From NCBI GenBank assembly GCA_051942245.1, contig JAVECL010000007.1, positions 62,001 to 126,000 of the forward strand: DNA of 64,000 bases. Direction: 5' to 3'. A model generated the notes under the pieces. It searched no databases. It worked only from the letters and a program-made list of their open reading frames with translations, and was not told the DNA's origin. A program made the translations under genes and the position numbers. This document shows, piece by piece, positions 60,141-64,000 of the stretch; the first letter of the stretch is position 1; the number at the start of each line of letters is the position of its first letter. This DNA comes from Trypethelium eluteriae (lineage: Eukaryota).

Positions 60141-61773
60141 CTAGACCTTCTCTTCTCCAACCTTCAAGTCGGATCCCTCAGTTGGTACCACATCGGCCGC
60201 TGTCTCATCCGTAAATTTGAGATCGTCCTCCAGCGGCACATGATTTCTGACTTTGAGTAAGATGACCGGCAGCGCGAGTAATAGACTACCCGCAAGAAGA
60301 CCCCAGCAGGAAGCGAAGAGCGACATGTAGGGGGGCGGGTTATCGAGCCCATCAAGGCGCCACATGATGGCGGCGCCAGCGGACTGAATGCCTTTGTAGA
60401 AGCCGGCGAAGTTGGCGAGTTTGCGACCATTGTTAGTGAGAGCACCCATAAACCTGGGATCAAGCGGTAAGCGTTGCTGAATTTTTCAGTGATGCAAGAT
60501 TTAGAGAACATACCAGTAGACGCAAGTCTGCCAAGCAGCGTCATAAAAGCCATAGAAAATGTAGAGGAACATGGGACCGACATATCCCGAGGTTGTCCAA
60601 TCTTCCTTGACAACGGTGTCCTTTTCAGGTAGCGAAGACCTCGTGTAGCCCTTCTGAAAAGCGTAACCGCCGCCCCAGATGGCAAAGGTGAGCACAAACA
60701 GCGCAATCCAGGCAGCTTTGGCCCGCATCGTACGGCTCACTGACTTGAGATCGAGCGCGTAGCCGAAAATAACCGCACCGAAGATCTGCGAGGTCCAGTA
60801 CAGAGTGTTATTCAAGGCGCGGGTGCGGGTATTGAAAAATGCTAGGTTGACATCATTGAAGTGGTAGGTGTAGAACCAGTTGGAGGCAAAGAACATGGGA
60901 AAGAGTAGCACAATGTACGGGTCAGTGAGGAACACTTCCCAAAGACCAACGACCTCGGACCACCAGGTTGGGTTCTTCATGAGGATGACGCGTGAGCCGT
61001 CGTGGCGAATGACACTCTTGCCGTCGACAAGGGCAAACGAGAGGAGAGCACCGCAGAAGGTGAGGACGATGAAACCCACGTAAGTACCATCCGAGACAGA
61101 ACTGTTGGAGGTGGTATGGATATTTTGGCCAAGGGGAATCTAGAGGTGGGTCAGAAAGGCTCAATTAATAAAATTCAGTGCACTATACCAGGCTACCAAT
61201 GACACCTCCAAGATTGAAGATCATCCAGAACCAAGAGATGTACCGGCCTTTGAGTCTCTCTGGTGGATAGGACATCATAATAGCTCCCTGTGCGCTCCAT
61301 AAGAGTCCAGCACAGACTCCAAGTAGTGCTCCAGCAAAGATGGAGAACCCGAAGTTTGAAGTGTGCTTGAAGCACAAGAACGAGGAGACATAAATGCAGT
61401 AACCCATTCCTCCAAAGCACAGAGCAAATCTAATGCCTAATCGATTGGTAAAGGTGCCTGCAGCGAATCCGATAACTGCAAAGGTTGCATACAGAGCGGT
61501 GTTTGCATCGTCGCCCGCCTTTGCGTTGGAAAGGCCAGTCCCTCCCATGCCACCGAGGGCATTAAACATGCCTGGGCAGAGGAAACATACAAAGGCAACG
61601 ACGACGAGCTGTACCGCTGGAGAAGCATACCATGTCTTGACTGGGCCAATCTTGAATTCTTTGTACTTCCAGCCTTCTGGTCTTGGAGGCAAGCCATCAG
61701 CATGTGTAAACTCTGCAGAGTGTGCAGGTGAGGAAATGTCTTGGGCAGTCGTGTCTTTCTCGTGAGATGCCAT
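60141..61773 (-). CDS. UNC-93-like (DUF895) MFS transporter, probable Ngt1-type GlcNAc transporter. Exons 61773-61189, 61139-60514, 60453-60141
   Basis: VCFLCPGMFNALGGMGG, LLWSAQGAIMMSYP, FWMIFNLG, FFASNWFYTY and GFYKGIQSAG. Substrate inferred from adjacency to the deaminase. Confidence 0.85.
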
Positions 61774-63287
61774 ATTCTTCGCTGGTGGGAATGAATGAAC
61801 GAACAAGACTCAATGGAGTAGAAGGCACAGCGACAAGGAGATCAAGGTGCGAAGCTCCTGAAGTCTCTGTACGGAGTATATGAATTGGCAGAACGTGACC
61901 TTGGCTGCAACGCGCCAACGACACCCTATGCCCGTAAGATACGGCTATCTGACTTGGCCCAGGCGCAGCTTTTTCACTGCACGGGTGGAGAGAAGAGGCG
62001 AGCCGCTTCAGAAGAGGAAGAGATAGGTATCTTGAGACAGAACCTATTTGAGCGTGAACACTGGGTACGGAACAAAAGAGCTCGACCAACCTATTCACAG
62101 TACTACCCAGTTACCTACCTTAGCACGAAGACTAACCTCTCCCCCTCCCTCACACGGGACCACCGAGGATCAGGGTCTACTCCTTCTCCACATGCAAGAG
62201 CTCAGAGCGGGTAGCACACGACACGAGTGGTGGTAGGGGACCTGACTCTCTCCGAGGTCTGATTGGCAAGTCACTCTGACCGACCAGGATCTGCTTATCG
62301 TAGTGGCACTAAAAGGAGGATTGTTTGCCAGGCCTTGCCCGTCGGTTCGTACTCCGTACGCACGTCTAGAGCCCGGCACGGCAGGACACGGCGTCGCTTA
62401 TGCTAATCCTCTTCACTGCATAATTGACTAGCCGAGATTGTGCAATGTAACCCTTTGATCGTCCGCGAGATAAGTTCCATTTCAACGGCCTGGTCGGCGC
62501 CATCGGATTGGATGAGCTGGACACGACTCAAAGTCGCCCGTCTGCCTGAAGTATTCACTGTACGGAGTACTCGTGCTCTTACTTTTTCGAACCGTTGCGG
62601 ACCCTACTTCGTAGGTGGGCCGCCACGTTGGCTGAGAGGTCATGTGTAGCATTTCGGGAATGCCTATCTGCAAATTAGAGATCCCGGATAGGTACGGAGT
62701 CTCTAGTCATCGAATCTTGATGGATCTTGCAGATACAACCCAATACCACTTCCTGCTGATAGGCACGGTAGCAGTCGATGGTTGACATGCCTCCGCACAT
62801 AGACCTTTTCGGTATGCGCCCCATCTGGAGACAACCGTTCAAGAAATGCAGCGTCGATATGCCTGTCCAGTGCTTGGTACTAATGGGTACAAGGCGAATG
62901 TCAACATCGTAGTACACCTATGGTTCATGCCGCTGCAACGTGCTCCGGCGTAGCTAGGTGACACCGCGACTGAGCATGTTCCAATAAGCATCCATGCGAT
63001 GAGCACATGAACAAGCTTACCATCTAAGAGTACCTAAAGGAGCAAGTAGGCTGATTGGTGCAGAGTGACGTACAGGTGAAAGCGGGTAGCTTCATGGTGA
63101 ATCCGGAGCAACCAACCCAACGGTTGCAACTGAGTTTTCAAATGTCCAGATCCGTTGCATCACTAAATTGAATTTCTTCTCGAGCTCTTACCACTTGACC
63201 TTTTCTTTCCTCCAATATTCGCCTCGATCACTCTCAAAATTCCACTTTGACCCTAAGCAGAAAAATTATAGCCGCAGAGCTTGCAGA

Positions 63288-64000
63288 ATGTAAGGAAGGA
63301 CCATCTCGCATGCGCTTGCAGCTGATACTTACGCCGTGTAAGGAGACTCATCATCCGCGACGATCCTCAAACTGCCTCGAGGTACATCTCAGACTACATC
63401 GTCGGTAAGGGGGAAACGATCAGATGCGTTAGAACACAGCTAATCTTACCAGACCGCATCAATAAGTTCAACCCAACCCCAGAGAAACCTTTCGTCCTTG
63501 GTCTTCCAACAGGGAGTAGCCCTGTCTTAATCTACCGGAACCTAGTCGATCATTTCAAGAATGGCGATATCTCGTTCCGAAATGTCATCACTTTCAACAT
63601 GGATGAGTACGTGGGCATACCGCGGGAGCATCCAGAGAGCTACCATTCGTTCATGTACAAGAACTTCTTTGCCCACGTTGATGTCGACCCTGCGAACATC
63701 AACATCTTGAATGGCAACGCTGAGGATTTGGAGGCGGAATGTCTCGAATATGAAGAGAAGATCAAGAAAGCCGGAGGAATTGAGCTGTTCTTGGGCGGGA
63801 TTGGTCCGGATGGTCATATTGCTTTCAATGAACCCGGTTCCAGCTTGAGCTCCCGGACCCGTGTCAAGACACTTGCCTATGACACCATCCTTGCAAACTC
63901 CAGATTCTTTGGAAATGACCTTTCCCAAGTGCCAAAGATGGCGCTTACCGTCGGTGTTGGTACCGTTCTAGATGCAAGGGAAGTCGTTGTCATTATCACT
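63288..64000 (+). CDS. NAG1: Glucosamine-6-phosphate deaminase, runs off the window end. Exons 63288-63289, 63343-63404, 63453->64000
   Basis: Spliced MRLIIRDD...[11 protein letters not shown]...TFNMDEYVG...ESYHSFM...[27 protein letters not shown]. Not in the ORF track because the start is spliced. Confidence 0.96.

Noticed and set aside
1..64000. tRNA, rRNA, Starship captain recombinase or intact transposase
   Set aside because: The GTTCGA occurrences I checked had no cloverleaf context, and no ORF showed recognisable recombinase, DDE transposase or reverse-transcriptase motifs. This was a visual scan only.

Overview
Gene-dense, intron-rich window from a filamentous ascomycete (Pezizomycotina), judged from short GT-AG introns with CTRAY branch points and fungal-type proteins. 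About 24 protein-coding loci were reconstructed by hand: NC2-beta, a GprM-like 7TM receptor, a fungal transcription factor with only half a Zn2Cys6 cluster, a cytosolic-type TyrRS, an HMT1-like half ABC transporter, TFIIB, ATP14, a diverged RPL33, a DUF1765-like protein, COX16, ATR/Mec1, MED17, ISN1, ETR1, a UbiB kinase, an MscS-like channel, a kelch protein, a CDK11-like kinase, and the divergent start of a GlcNAc utilisation pair (Ngt1-like transporter and GlcN-6-P deaminase). Two accessory zones interrupt the housekeeping genes. (1) About 6.5-12.6 kb: an intact six-exon TyrRS gene lies between ~100-bp degenerate inverted repeats, with a hAT-like transposon end, a candidate 8-bp target-site duplication and a decayed ORF. 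The TyrRS gene and the neighbouring ABC transporter each have two upstream Gcn4/CpcA-type TGASTCA sites. This is the best candidate for an undescribed system: a mobilised accessory TyrRS, possibly a resistance module. (2) About 37-49.2 kb: a HeLo-like protein, a frameshifted MFS gene, an amphipathic secreted protein, a decayed spliced gene and an O-methyltransferase. No tRNA, rRNA or CRISPR was seen. All alignments and exon calls were made by eye and family names come from motif recognition, not database searches.
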